64,000 nucleotides of DNA from Sphyrna mokarran (lineage: Eukaryota): NCBI GenBank assembly GCA_024679065.1, contig JAGIQG010000020.1, positions 21,390,001-21,454,000 on the forward strand, given 5' to 3'. The notes beneath the pieces are model-generated. The model worked only from the letters and a program-made list of their open reading frames with translations, searched no databases and was not told where the DNA came from. Below are positions 1-12,761 of the stretch, in pieces. The translations under genes and the position numbers were made by a program. The first letter of the stretch is position 1; each line of letters starts with the position of its first letter.

Positions 1-114
1 GAGATGCAGCCCATTCATCCTTTCTTGATAGAAATAACCTCACATTTCTGTTTTCATCTTTGTTGATCTGTTTTGTATTCTCTCCGCTGCTTTTTTTTTA
101 AAAAAAACATACCC

Positions 115-1465
115 TGTTTAGAAGAGCTTGGAATGGACAAACCAACTGTAATGAAGTTTATGACAAGGAAGAAATCTCAAAGACTTAAACAAATCAATAT
201 TTATTGTGCTCCCTACAAGACCAGGCGCAATTGGATATGAATGTACTATCAGTCTGATGAGTCACATTCCTAAGTTGAATCGGATCAGGAGCGAGATAAA
301 GCTAAAAATTCAGCTCTTCAATGTGGATTTGTAGAAGATAGCAGAACAAATAAGTCTATCTTTATGGTATATATGCGGTCAGAAAGGGCAATAGAGAGGA
401 ACAAAGATATTTTCACGTGTTTTATTGATTGCAGTAAGGCATCTGATAAGGTGAAGCATGAAGAACTGATGAGCATATAAAGTCTCGTGAACTTGAAGGT
501 CAAAATCTGAGAAAGATAAGGAATCTTTATTGTGAACAAGCTGCAGATGTAAAAATTGAGAATGATCCAAGCAATATTATGAAGATTAAAAGAAGGGTCA
601 GACAGGCACACATTTTCTCTCCCCATTTAATCAATTTGTACAATGAAAATATTCCAGGAGAGATTAAAGACCTTGCTGGATTATCAGTTGGCCGTTATAA
701 CCTCAATCTATAAAGGTACACCGATGACACTGTTCATATTGCTGACTCTGAAGAGAAACCAAAAACAGACTTGGAATTGAATAGCAAGAGAGAGTAAGAA
801 GAAAGGGTTGAGCATAAATTGTAAGAGAGCAAGATATCCGGTAGCATCCAAAAAGAAAATCATATCAGGATGTAAGGTCACAGCAAAGAATGAAAAAGTC
901 TCACAGCTGGACAAATATTGATATCTAGGATGGTTTAAAAGCATCGAACAGGAAATGTGACGAAGAAATAAGGAGGAGGATTGGAATGGCCAATGATGCA
1001 TTTCACAAGATGGAAAAGATTATAATTAACTCAAAATTAGCCACAAAAACAAAGCTAAGAATCCTGGAACGCTGCACCACTCAAATTCGGACATATGGAA
1101 GTGAATGTTGGATGGTCAGTGAGACAATGCAGTGAAGCTGCCAAGTTGTGGTTTTTGAGTTGATTGCAAATATCTCAGATAAGCCACACTGCCAACGAAG
1201 AGGTACTAGTAAAAAGCAAATGAATCCCGCTGATCAAGGTTAAGAAAAGAATATTGAAATTTCTTGGACACAGTAAGAAATCTGATAGGAATGATCGATG
1301 GTAAAGAAGTCAAGTGGACAAATAAGAATAGAACTCTTTCTAAAGAGTTTTGCAAACTGAATGAATGCACCACCAGTAAAGATTATCCGTGTTACTAAAG
1401 CTAGATTAACACAGAGGACCATGGTCTCCAAAACTCTGAGGGCATGGTAACGGAAGAGAGAAAAC
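115..1465 (+). mobile_element. Degraded RTE-clade LINE (RT domain and 3' end)
   Basis: Frameshifted RT motifs ISLMSH, QCGF, CFIDCSKASDKVKH, RYTDDTVHIADSEE, plus an RTE-type terminus (ccatggtctcc...gggcatggtaacggaagagag). Confidence 0.8.
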
Positions 1466-1489
1466 ATCCTGCATGGCAGCTATATCGTG

Positions 1490-1701
1490 GTGTGGAGATG
1501 TCAGCATTGGATTAGGGTAAACAGTAAGAAGTCTCACAAAACCAGGTTAAAGTCCAACAGTTTATTTGATAGTAAACACCACTAGCTTTCTTGACTTTGC
1601 CTCTTCAGTCTTCACCTGTAAAATGCAGAGCCCTGAAAGCTAGTGGTGTTTGCTACCAAATAAACCTGTTGGACTTTAACCTGATGTTGTGAGACTTCTA
1701 A
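1490..1701. mobile_element. Penelope-derived palindromic insert (family P1)
   Basis: Inverted arms aagtctcacaa..ccaggttaaagtccaacag / ctgttggactttaacctgatgttgtgagactt. Flanked by a 10 bp direct repeat ctatatcgtg (1480-1489) / ctatattgtg (1702-1711). Confidence 0.75.
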
Positions 1702-1768
1702 CTATATTGTGCACAAGTTCAAGAGATTGGACAATGGTTGGCATGAAGTCACAAACATTTCAGATTAC

Positions 1769-2190
1769 GGGCTGATTCTTACCGAAAAATAGCAAAGCGT
1801 CAGGATGTGACTGATAACTGACGTGTTTCCCGTTGTCATGTTAAAGGGTGGGACCTAATCACGTTGGCAAAGCCAGGTACACCAAGATCAGGCTGCCCCA
1901 ATCAAACCCAGAAATAATCTCCCCATAATCTCGATAAATGCCATAATCTCCCTAGCCCAAGATCAACACCAGCATCCATCCACCCACGATCAAACACCAG
2001 CATCATCTCTCTCTCCTCCATTCCCTAACAGTCATTACTGCCATCATCCTCTCTCTCAACATCACGAGCAAGGAATGGGGAAATCACGGAACACGATCTA
2101 TTCAAAGCGAATCACATTCCTCAATTCTGTCCGGATTTTCAACTAATGTTGCTGTTTTCTTTGAAGAAAACCACAGGCTGAAAATTGCCC
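1769..2190. mobile_element. Harbinger-type non-autonomous DNA element
   Basis: Degenerate TIRs GGGCTGATTCTT...AAAATTGCCC and a C-rich internal low-complexity tract, as in other copies in the window. Confidence 0.5.
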
Positions 2191-2229
2191 CTTTCTGCCT
2201 TCATCCTTAAACAGAGAGGCTGTTTTCAT

Positions 2230-4940
2230 CATTATATTTTCAATTTCCAGACATTTTTCGATGTTCTTTTTTTATTGGATTCCTGTTCTTTTTTCTACTA
2301 CTGAATGGTAGAAAGTTTCCTGGATATATTCCGTCTACCTTCTTAAATATATATGTATAATATCAACTGTCAGCATGTTTTCTGGCACTACACTTTTCTT
2401 CTGATGAATTATTAACAATGTGTAATGGTGATTCTGTTATCCTTTTCTGTAGATTCTTTTAAAATATGTGGAAGCAATTTGTCCGGACCAGGGGTTTAAT
2501 CCTCTTTAAGCTTGATTACAGTTTATTTAATATTTCTCCTGTTCTTACTTTAAATGAGGTTTTACCATTTTTAAATCCAAGTTCTGGTGTCGTTTGTCAG
2601 GTCCTTCTCCCTGGTAAGGCCCAAGGCAAAATAATTATTTAATACTTTGACATTTTCACTATCGCTACCTGTGATTTTATTCTGTCTACCCCTCAGCGGC
2701 CCTATTCCCGGTACTGCTATCCTTTGGTATTTATGTGCCTGTCAAAATATTTTGCTTCTTTTCTTATTTGCAGTCCCTTGATGATTCAATCTCAACCCTT
2801 CAATCTATTAAAACATCCTCTTAACTTTCCCTATTCTAAGGCCACAGCTTTTCCAACCTATATAATCCCCCATATTCCAAACCTTTTCTGTTCACTCCTT
2901 TCCAGGCATACATACAGGGATACATAATTGATTAAGTTGCACAGAATCTGATGTGACAGTTCAGCTGCAGCCAAAATAATGTGTTATATAGGTTTAGCAT
3001 TATTTCTTCTCTTTTGTACTTGATGCTCCTGTTTATAAAGCGCAGGATCCCATTTACTTTATGAATTGCTTGTTATTAATTTGTGGGACGTGGGCATCGC
3101 TGGTTAGGCCAGCATTCATTGCCCATCCCTAGTTGCCTTTGAGAAGGTAACTTTCTTCTTGAATCACTGTGGTCCACATGCTGTGGGTTGATCCACAATG
3201 CTGTTGGTCCATCTGGTCTGATTTCTTTGTTGAGACATTGTAGCGATTGATATAACTGAATGGCTCACTTCGCCACATCAGAGGGCAGTTGGATATCAAT
3301 CTCGTTGCTGTGGCTCTGGAGTCTCATCTAAGCCAGACCAGGGTAAGGACAGTAATTTCCTTCCCTAAAGGACATTAGCAAACCAGATGGGTTATTCTGA
3401 CACTGGTTTCATGGTCACAATATTTAAATCCAGATATTTTTATTGAATTCAAATTCCACCATCTGCCATAATGGGATTCGAACCCAGGTCCCCAGAACGC
3501 TAGCTGAGTTTCTGGATTAATAATACCCCTTGGCTATCGCCTCCCCCTAGCTTTGTAAAACTGATCTGCTACCAAAGATTTTTACACAAACACCACCTGC
3601 CTGGCCACCAAGGTTCTTGCACGCCATTTAAATATTGTACCAATTATCTTGGATTGTCTATGTTCATTCTTCCTCCCAGAATGTACCAGCTCGCATTATT
3701 CTATATTGAGTTTCTTCTGCCATGTATTCACATATTCCAGCAACCAGTCTATGGCTTGGATTTTCTGATCCGTCCTGTTGTAGGCAAGAACTGAAAATTT
3801 GGAGAGACAGCGAAAGTCCACTGATGTTTGGAGGGAGCAGAAAATCCTGGCCATATGCCTACAGTTCTGCTGTACATATTTTTGAATTCTATTATTAGCT
3901 TCCTCACAGCTTGCTACATTTCTAATTTTCATGTCATCTGTAAATTTGAAAGTTGTCCTTTGTATCCCCATGTCTAAGTTATTGATGCACATCTAAAGTA
4001 GCAATGCTTATCATACTGGAACCTAGGAAATGTCACTTATCTCATTCCAGTCCAGAAAGTAGCCAATAAGTCCAACTCTCTGCTTTCTATCTCTTAGCCA
4101 ATTTTATATCCCCACTGCTACTATCCCTTTTATCCTGTGGACTTCAATTTTGCTAACAAACCTATCATATGCTACTTTATCAAGCATCTTTTGAAATGTT
4201 ATGTGCATGGCATCAACTTCATTGCCCTAATCCATCCTCATTATTACCTTACCAAAAACCTCAATCAAGTTAGTCAAACATGATTTGTGCTGAACAAATT
4301 TATGCTGATACTCCTTTAATTGTGCATGTTTATCCAGCTGGCTGTTAATTTTTTTATATTATTATTTTTAAATGCTTCACCACCTCTGAAGTTAAATTGA
4401 TTAGCCTTTAATTGCCAAGTTTATTGCTTACCCTATTTTGAACAGCAATGTAACCACTGCATTGCAACCCTACAGTCCACTGGCACAGCATCTGAGTCTA
4501 AAGAGAACTGGGAGGGTGTAGCAAGCGCCTCCACAATTTATTTTACTTCTCTCAACAATGTTAATGCATCCCATTCAAACTAGCTGACTTAACCACTTGA
4601 AATACTGCCAGCCTTTCCAGTACCTCCTCTTTATCTACTTTAATTTAACCCAGTCTACATTAGCTTTGGCTATATTAGCAATGATGCAAAATATTCATTT
4701 ATTGAATATATTAGCTATGCCTTCCTCCCCCGGGACAAAACAATTCCATAGTGATCCCTAGTCAGTCTTTCCATTCCTCTCACAACGATCTTACTGTTAA
4801 TGTCAACAGAAAAACCCAGGCTTATCTATGTATTAGCTGCCAATCTATCCTTGTACTCTCTAGCTTTTTCATTCACTTTTGCTTGTTATATTCAACCTGA
4901 TTCTATTGTTTTTTCAAGCTGACATCTGTCATATGCTTTT
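2230..4940 (-). mobile_element. Old CR1 LINE fragments (ORF2 RT region), interrupted by a SINE and a MITE
   Basis: Minus-strand frame includes FKFTDDMK (FADDTK) and WQKKLNIE (ORF 3696-3992); heavily decayed. A further upstream ORF2 remnant lies at about 5610-5940. Confidence 0.75.
3075..3547 (-). mobile_element. tRNA-derived SINE, family S2 (long-tail copy)
   Basis: B-box-like ggttcgaatccc on the minus strand; body gtcctttagggaaggaaat; 3' tail shared with the LINE at 5060-5600. Confidence 0.8.
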
Positions 4941-5059
4941 TTTTTTTATACACTCTTTCGTCATCTTGTGAGCTTGGCTTCCCATTGCAGGAAATTACCA
5001 AGACTGTCCCTGAACTATTTCCTCTATAAAGGGGTGCATTGGTCTTCTACATTTTCCCT

Positions 5060-5600
5060 AAGCCTGTCTACCATCTACAAGACACAAGTCTGGAGTGTGA
5101 TGGAATATTCTCACTTACCTGGATGGGTGCAGCTCCAACAACATTCAAGAAGCTTGACACCATCCAGGACAAAGCAACTCATTCAATGGCACCACATCCA
5201 CAAACATCCATTCCCCCCACCACAACATTCAATAGCAGCAGTGTATACTATCTACAAGATGCACTGCAACAATTCATCAAAGATCCTTAGACAGCATTTT
5301 CCAACCCATGACTACTTCCATCTAGAAACACAAGGATAGAAGACACAGGAAAACCACCACCTGCAAATTCTCCTCCAAGCTACTCGCCATCCCGACTTGG
5401 GAACATATTGACATTCCTTCACAGTTGCTGGGTCAAAATCCTGAAATTCCATCCCCGACACATTGTGGATCAACCTACAGCACATCGATTGCAGCGATTC
5501 AAGAAGTCGGCTCATCACCACCTTCTCAACAACTACAGTTGGGCAATAAATGCTGGTCAACCAGTGATGCACATATCCTACGAATGCAAACAAAAAAATT
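5060..5600 (+). mobile_element. 3' end of a second CR1-group LINE (Zenon/CR1-like), partner of SINE S2
   Basis: LSTIYKTQVWSVMEYS / LTWMGAAPTTFKKLDTIQDKA / AAVYTIYKMHC across frames; tail gggcaataaatgctgg...cacatatcctacgaatg-A-rich. Confidence 0.75.
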
Positions 5601-7099
5601 CTGCCCACTGTGACTTGTATTTAACCTGGTCAGATGCCTTCTCAATTCGTTGAAATTGACCCTCCTCTGGTTCATTGTTGTTTTTCTAAATTGTTCCTTA
5701 TTCTTTCCATAACTAATCCAAACTTTATGATTCCATGATCACTGTTTCTGAGGGGCTAACCTACGTTGTCTACTTGACTCATTTTATATCCGAGGACTAG
5801 ATCCAATGTTTTCTTCCTTGTTGGACAGGACACACTGATCCTGGACACACTTCAGAAAATCAGTCATCCCCTGACCCTCCCCATCTCTACCTTTATCACA
5901 ATCACTCGTCAGAGTCTCGTGTTATCACTGCTCTATAGTGAGTAGACTAGATTTATTTTCTTGTGATGAAATGCAACATTGTTGATGTACACATTAGTTT
6001 ATTCATAATTTTAACAATGTATTTGGAGGGTGAAATGTCCTGATTTCAGACGTAACCAACGTTGGATACATTTGCAATGCACCCCAAATCAACTTCTATT
6101 ATTCATAAATGCATTATTCATCTTGTAATAAATAATGAATTAGCAAAATAATATGACCTATTTGTTGGGCTGTGGAGAAAACCTACCAAGTGCTTCTGAT
6201 GCAGTCGTCTGAAGACATTAAGGCAAATTGAACAAAGAGGGCAACATATATGTCTGAGTGCAGCTCTCGCAGATTTGGACAGGACGTGTAAAATGCTGCC
6301 ACCACAGCCACTTCACAGTCATTGCTTACTGTTAATCCAGCTGTCCTTCCTCATACCAAAAAAAAACAGAAGTACTCCAACATTATTTCAATTTAAAATG
6401 CATTCCCAGAATTTCAAATGGTGGAACTTTCATTTGTCTTTGGAAAGGTCAGGATCAACTTAAATTCGGCTTGTTGTTTGAATCTAAAAATAAATTTGCC
6501 CATCGCACACTGGAGCACACAGTCCATGGACTTATCCAGTGCCAATCCAACATAAACCCTACCAATTTATTTTGCAATCTCAACAATCCCCAGGCTCAAT
6601 TTCATGAGATATCTGACCTCACGCGCATTTGCCTGAGCTGTTATGTGGCCTAATATGTAGCACAAAAACAAACCTGCAAGTTCTCGACTTCAGGTTACTT
6701 TATGTTCATTTATATTATTTGATTCACAATCATAAACATTTAAATAAAATTGCTCCATTCTGTATAAAACTTGTAAAAAAAAAAAATAGGAAGAATTGGT
6801 CACAAATTTCTTGCTGGATTCTCTCATTTGTCCCTTCATCTGTTTAAAGATAAGAGTAACATTCATCCCTTACCTTTTTCTAGTCTTCCTCTTCAGATTA
6901 AAGCAACTCGATTAGAAATAGATCATCAGATAGTTACCTATCACTATAGTTACAAATTCCATCAGATTATTTAACAATGAAGAAAGCATCACTAATAGCA
7001 GTTACAGTTCTTAGCAAAAACATACTTAAATATTTCTGCAAGAATTTCTATTTAGAAACATATTGTTCAATGAGCACTGGAATGATCGACAAGGGTAAT

Positions 7100-7380
7100 T
7101 TGATATGAATTAGGATTTCTGCAGCAGAGATTTGGAATGATCTGAAGCTGATGGAAGATGGAAGGTGGAAAACAGCCAGGAGAGTGTTGAAATAGTCAAG
7201 CCTGGTGGTAAAAATTGCTGGGTTTCAACAGCAAGCCAGCTAAGGCAGAGACAGAGTGGGTCAGTGAAAAGAGAGGTGGAAATAGGTAGCATATAATGTT
7301 GTACTGGCTGGAAGTGCATCTCCGGGTCAAATACAACACCAAGCTTGTGAATTATCTGGTTCAGTCTCAGAAAGTTGCTA
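7100..7380 (-). mobile_element. L2 LINE fragment
   Basis: Minus strand LRLNQIIHKLGVVFDPEMHF and RLDYFNTLLA, typical of the L2 post-RT region. Confidence 0.75.
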
Positions 7381-7384
7381 AGGT

Positions 7385-7720
7385 CTTTTTTGATTTGATT
7401 TATTATTGCCACATGTATCAGGATACTGCAAAAAATATTATTTTGTGCACAATACAGACTAAGCATACTGTTCACAGAGAAAGAAAAAAGAAAATGAGAG
7501 TGCAGAATATAGTGTTACAGTCACAGCCAGGGTGTAAAGAAAGATCAAATTAATACAGAATAGTTCCATTCAAAAGTCTGGCGGCGGATGGGAAGAAGTT
7601 ATTCTTGAATCAGGCTTTTATATCTTTTTCCCCAAAGGCAGAAGTTGGAAGAGATGAGATAGAACAAAGGTGGGTTTGACTCTTTTTGGTAGATGTTAAG
7701 GACCTGGATCTTGGGTACAC
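7385..7720 (-). mobile_element. Rex1/Babar LINE 3' end
   Basis: KRYKSL..KNNFFPSAARLLN and terminus tacatgtggcaataataaatcaaatcaaa on the minus strand. Confidence 0.75.
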
Positions 7721-7789
7721 AGGGAACAGTTCCAAGAGTTAGCAAAAGTTCAGAAATAAAGATAGGAACAAATTTCACATATGCAGACA

Positions 7790-8864
7790 CATGAAATGGG
7801 AGATTGCATTTACTTCAGTGAAATGTTCTGTGATATGTTTTAATAAGAGAAGAAAGACAATATAAATTAATGACTATAATCACAATGCGTGTGCAGGAAC
7901 TGTTACATGGTGGTGTGCAAATCTTCAAATATGGCTGAACAACTTGAGAAGATTTTTGGGAAAGCATGTGGAATCTAGTGTTTTATTCATAGGGGCATGG
8001 AGTACAAAAGCAAAATGGTCATGATAAACATTTATAAGACAATGCTTACCTCTCACCTGGAGTATTGTGTTCACTTCTGGGCACCACGCTTGAGGAAGGA
8101 TGTGAAGCTCTAGAAAGGAGACAGATGAGATTTATTAAAATGGAATCAGGGATGAGAGATTTCAATTATGTGGAGAAAAGATTTGATAGAGGTTTGCCAA
8201 ATCATGAATGAGCTTGACAGAGTGAATAAGGAAAGATTTCCCAATGACAAGTAAGTGTATAACTGGAAGACACTTACTTTGTATGGGTATCATGATGCAG
8301 CGTGTAAGAAGGACCAGAAAGTAGGCCTCAAAAACTTGAAAATAGGAGCTCTTCCTTGAAGGTGTGTGCTGTTCCACGTTCAATCCTAGACTGGCTCTCT
8401 GCGGCTAAACGAGTTGCTAATCTCTGGGGTCACATGACCCACAGTCTTAAAGGGGCAGCATGCACGCATAGAACATAGAACATTACAGCGCAGAACAGGC
8501 CCTTCGGCCTTCGATGTTGCGCCGACCAGTTAAGAAAAAGCAATGACCCTCTAAAAGTTCAGAAATATACTTCACCCTATATATATCACAACATTGATTT
8601 AAGGTTCTTAATGAAAGAACGAGAGGCACCTTGGGATTTCTATTATGCAGAGTTTTTGTGATATAGAATTTATTGCCCAAAAAGATGGTGAAAGCAGATT
8701 CATTGGTGACTTTCAAATGGAGATTGGGTAAATTTTTGCAAGGGAAACAACTTATAGGTCTATAGAGAAAGAGTGGAGGAGTGAGAGTATTTGGATAGCA
8801 CTTTTAAAGAGCAAACACAAAAACAGTGGGCCTATTGATCTCTTGTTGTGCTGTAGCATTCTAT
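7790..8864 (+). mobile_element. Old CR1 LINE 3' part with nested inserts
   Basis: cacctggagtattgtgttcacttctgggcacca (HLEYCVHFWAP) and CR1 tail ctgtagcattctatg; interrupted at about 8275-8593. Confidence 0.8.
8468..8530 (-). mobile_element. About 60 bp 3' terminus of the young CR1 family
   Basis: Reverse complement matches 53725-53778 with one mismatch. Confidence 0.85.
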
Positions 8865-8993
8865 GGCCAGGGTTTTACATCCCCGCCATTGTGCCTCCCT
8901 TCCCCAAAACATGCGACAGGCCATTTAAGTTCCTGTTTATTTTGGTGAGACTGTATTATCCAACCAGTGAGAGGAGCCATTTAATCCTGGCCC
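8865..8993. mobile_element. Harbinger-type MITE
   Basis: TIRs ggccagggttt / aatcctggccc, inserted in the CR1 tail microsatellite (ttctatg|attctatg). Confidence 0.6.
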
Positions 8994-9076
8994 ATGATTC
9001 TATGATCTTATGATTCTGATTCATATCCATGACCTGACATCCTTCCTAAAGTAGGTTACCCAAAACTAGACATATT

Positions 9077-10571
9077 GAGAGTAATTTTGAGCCCACACCC
9101 TCCGTCTGTGGGATGGCATCACATGCTTAAAATCCGGATGGTGCAATTCACGCTGGCAAGTTTCTGAGCATTGATCTTTCTAGTCCTTCACCAGTGGAGT
9201 TGCATGAAACATGCCAAAAAACCACAGAAATCTCATTTTAATACATTGATGAGGGTCAGGACTCTCTGGCAAACCCTTAAAGCTCAATGTGGTGTTCTCT
9301 TCTCTACAGTGCATGGTCTAGAAGATCATGGAGACTGTTGAGTTGGCTGTCCTGCTTATTGGCATTGAGCATTGGCAGAGAACCAACAGGCCATGGCACT
9401 TGGCCAGCACCAGCACCCTATGGAGAAGGGAGAGGCTGGGCCCATCGGTATTCCAAGAACAGAACTGCAGAGCATGCTGGCCGATGTTATTCTAACACCG
9501 GTCATCTTACCTGCAGATGTCAGTGAATTAGTGCCATAGAAGGATGTATCTGCTCTGGGAGACAGTGAATCACCTTTGTCAGACTCGGCAGGAACTGGTA
9601 CTACATGGAATGGGAGGATATGTACTGTCTGTGGCCCTTAAAATCACACAGCCGAATCTCTATGGATGTTACTCATTCCGGGGTGGCACATGCAGCCTCT
9701 GTGTGAGCCAAGATGTCAAGGCCATGGGCTTCGTTGTCTTAGAGACTTACCCCAGGTGCAATATTCACTTGACTGCACCTTGTGCAATCCATGTAGTGCC
9801 ATTCAAGGACCTCAAAAGATACTGTTCCCTCACTGTGCAGTTTGTCTGAGAGTCCAGGCCTGTTTTCAGGTAGTGCCAATGTTTGACTCTGGCCTCATCA
9901 ATGTCAGGGAATGGAGGTGGATAGAGAGAGGGTAGGTGGGAGTGTTGATGTTTAAGGTGGTGATAAGGAGTAGCAGGTGTGAGAGCTGATGGGAGTTGGA
10001 GTGTGAGGAGCATAGCAGGTCCTGGGAGAATATAATGATTGTGGTGGAAAGGATGAGAGTGGGGGAACCTTGTGCCTGGTGTTGGCAACCCCCAACTGGC
10101 TGACTGAGAGAAAATGTTGGGGGTGCAATGGGCTGCAGTGGAAGACTGGGGGTTGTTTACTTACTCTGGCTGAACGAAGAAGCCATTCTTCTGACATTGT
10201 TATCCTGCTCTCTTCTGCAATGATTTTGCACTGATCAGGGCTGCCAACGCATCCCAGCATGGTCATCTCCTGGAGTGAGGATAGACTGTTTCTCCCCTCT
10301 GCTCCATTCCACCCAGCCCCTTCTTCTTGGCTGCCAATCTCTGCAGTTGTTGTGGAACAAGTGCTGGGGAGACATTTATATGCAGCAGCTAAGTTGTTGC
10401 AGACTGGATGAATCAGAAGGAGCAGCAGCAAATGCAGCATTTACTCGTGTGCATAAAATTATTACCAATGAAGCAGAAGATTGGTCCAAAAATACACTGG
10501 TGCCATCAATGGGAAACATTGCATTTTTCACTGCGGCACCAACACAGTCATTTTTTAGTAAGATTTCACCC
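9077..10571. mobile_element. Internally deleted PIF/Harbinger transposon with transposase (+) and Myb/SANT (-) relics
   Basis: + strand 9510-9690 SYLQMS..RRMYLLWETVNHLCQ..GMGGYVLSVALKIT..LYGCYSFRG resembles a HARBI1-type N-terminus. Minus strand about 10160-10260 WDALAALISAKSLQKRAG*QCQK..LLRSAR|GTAAGT resembles a Myb/SANT-like domain. Ends uncertain. Confidence 0.65.
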
Positions 10572-10591
10572 AATATTCTCACTGTGAAGTA

Positions 10592-10824
10592 AAGTTTATT
10601 TATTAGTGGCAAGTAAAGTGACATTAACGCTGCAATGAAGTTATTGTGAAAATCTCTACACACCGGCACATGTTCAGGTACACTGAGAGAGAATTTGGCA
10701 TGGCCAATTCACCTAACCTGCATATCTTTGGACTGTGGGAGGAAACCAAAGCACCCAGAGGAAATCCATGCAGATACGGGAGAACATGCAAAATACACAC
10801 AGTGATCAAATCGGGAATCAAACC
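10592..10824 (-). mobile_element. HE1-like V-SINE, tail type B
   Basis: V core ggtttcctcccacagtccaaagat; tail ttttcacaataacttcattgcagcgttaatgt. Confidence 0.85.
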
Positions 10825-11204
10825 AATGATATGTTTTGGTTTAACATTACCATTTTGTTTTGGGGTTTGATGCCCATTTCGTTAAACCAAGCATCCCATT
10901 TGGTTTTCTTAAATAATTTAACGAATTTTGCCCTCTCAATCTGAAAGCCTTTGTAGTTGAATCCCCAAAGTCTCTCCATTCTTTACTCTTTTTACAGTTT
11001 TGCCTTCCAAATTCTTAAGCAAGTGAAAATTGTGACACTTGTGACAGTTTTGATAGTTGCCACATTTAAAATTCAATCAAATAACAAGAGGCAAAGTTTC
11101 CTGCTCAAAATGTATTTGATAAGTAAACTTGTAGAAAATTTTTACATTGTCAAACTAAAAATAGTCTGAAAACTGCCTCAAAATTTTGTTCAGAATATTT
11201 TGAC

Positions 11205-11420
11205 TTGGTTTGATTTGATTTATTATTGTTGCACGCTTTAGTTACAATGAAAAGTATTGTTTCTTGTGCGCTATACAGACAAAGCATATTGTGCATAGGG
11301 AAGGAAAGGAGAGAGTACAGAATGTAATGTTATAGTCATAGTTAGGGTACAGGGAAAGATCAAATTAATATGAGGTAGATCCATTCTGATGTCAGCAGGG
11401 AAGAAGCTGTTTTTGAATAT
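11205..11420 (-). mobile_element. Rex1/Babar LINE 3' end
   Basis: Same terminus as 7385 and 49383 (tttgatttgatttattattgt). Confidence 0.75.
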
Positions 11421-11531
11421 GTGCAGAACTAAATTCAAGATCTGTTCACAATCAATATAGTTTGAAGATTGAGGTGTACTTTTAAGTTGAATTGGTTACA
11501 ATTTACTTCTCATAAGCATGGCTCAATATCA

Positions 11532-12242
11532 TGTTATTTAATTTTAAGTTTCTACTTTTCTGGGTTAAGCATATGGTTATGCTATTTTGTTTGTAGAGAG
11601 AATTAGGATATCTTGTGATCTTTTCCCCTGTCTAATAGAAATATTTAAAAATAAAACACACTGGTAACCCTTCCTAGATATATCAATGTTAAAGAATCAC
11701 CAGTGCAGATAGATGGGTTCAGGCTACCAGAATCAGAGAGAGAGAGAGATAGCAGACAGTTAGAGGCCATAAGCCTGTACGATTCACCATGCAAAAATAT
11801 TGTTGCATATTCAAGTTTGTGAGGATTTAAATAAGACTGGAAGATTTACCTAGTTTTGACTAGAGGAAGAGATCTCCAGGTTAACCCTCACTGTGAAAGC
11901 CAATTTGGAGATTAGAACTATCTGTCTGGAAAAGAAAAAGAAAGTAAGCAGCCCCCAGGGGCAAAGAACCACTTCAGGCTGTTTCGGGGGACTGAAATGG
12001 TCACCTTAAGAGAGAAGGTACAATATAACAGTGAGGGGAAATTTTCAGTAATGTGAAAGCATTAAGATATTTTTCTGCAGTTGAGAGTATAAATTGTATA
12101 GAAAACAGTGGTTAGTCAATGTTGCCTTTAATTTATTACAATAAATGTCTTAAACCTTAAAATCTTTGCAATTCATTAAAATTGGTCACTAGAAATCCAA
12201 ATTTATTTTTGAAACTTAGAGATCTGTCAGGGAATCATAACA
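11532..12242 (+). mobile_element. Possible solo LTR
   Basis: tgttat...cataaca termini with AATAAA about 100 nt before the 3' end; no TSD found. Confidence 0.3.
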
Positions 12243-12452
12243 GGAGGGAAGCATTTTAAGGACTTTAGCACAGAAAGCTTCACGGATCCTCATTTACTGA
12301 GTGCAGAATGCTGTCTTACATAAAAGTTAATACTGTAATAAATTGAAAAAGAAAATCATCTGCAAGTATGATTTTAGAATCTTGAACAGTATAGAAAGAA
12401 CGTCCCATCCATGACCCCCCTTTGCCCTATCTCATAGTCCTGTGCGTTTCCC

Positions 12453-12746
12453 ATGGTGTCACAAAGACACAATGATTAGCCTCACAACGCCAAAGACCTG
12501 GCTTCAATTCCTAGCTTGGATCATTGTCTGTGCAGTGTCTGCACATTCCCCTCATGTCTGCAAGGGTTTCCTCCAGATGCTCTGGTTTCCTTCCACAGTT
12601 CAAACAACGTGCTAGTTAGATGCATTGGCCATGCTAAATTCTCCCTCAGAGTACCCAAACAGATCTCATAGTGTGGTGACTAGGGGATTTTCACAGTAAC
12701 TTCATTGTAGTGTTAATGTAAGCCCTACTTGTGATTAATAAATTAA
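12453..12746 (+). mobile_element. HE1-like V-SINE, tail type B
   Basis: tRNA-like head, V core, tail ctaggggattttcacagtaacttcattgtagtgttaatgtaagccctacttgtgattaataaa. Confidence 0.85.
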
Positions 12747-12761
12747 CTTTTAAAACATGTC

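Noticed and set aside
254-300. CTGATGA hammerhead-like core
   Set aside because: It is the SLMSH coding motif of the RTE RT remnant; no stem II, GAAA or stem I follows.
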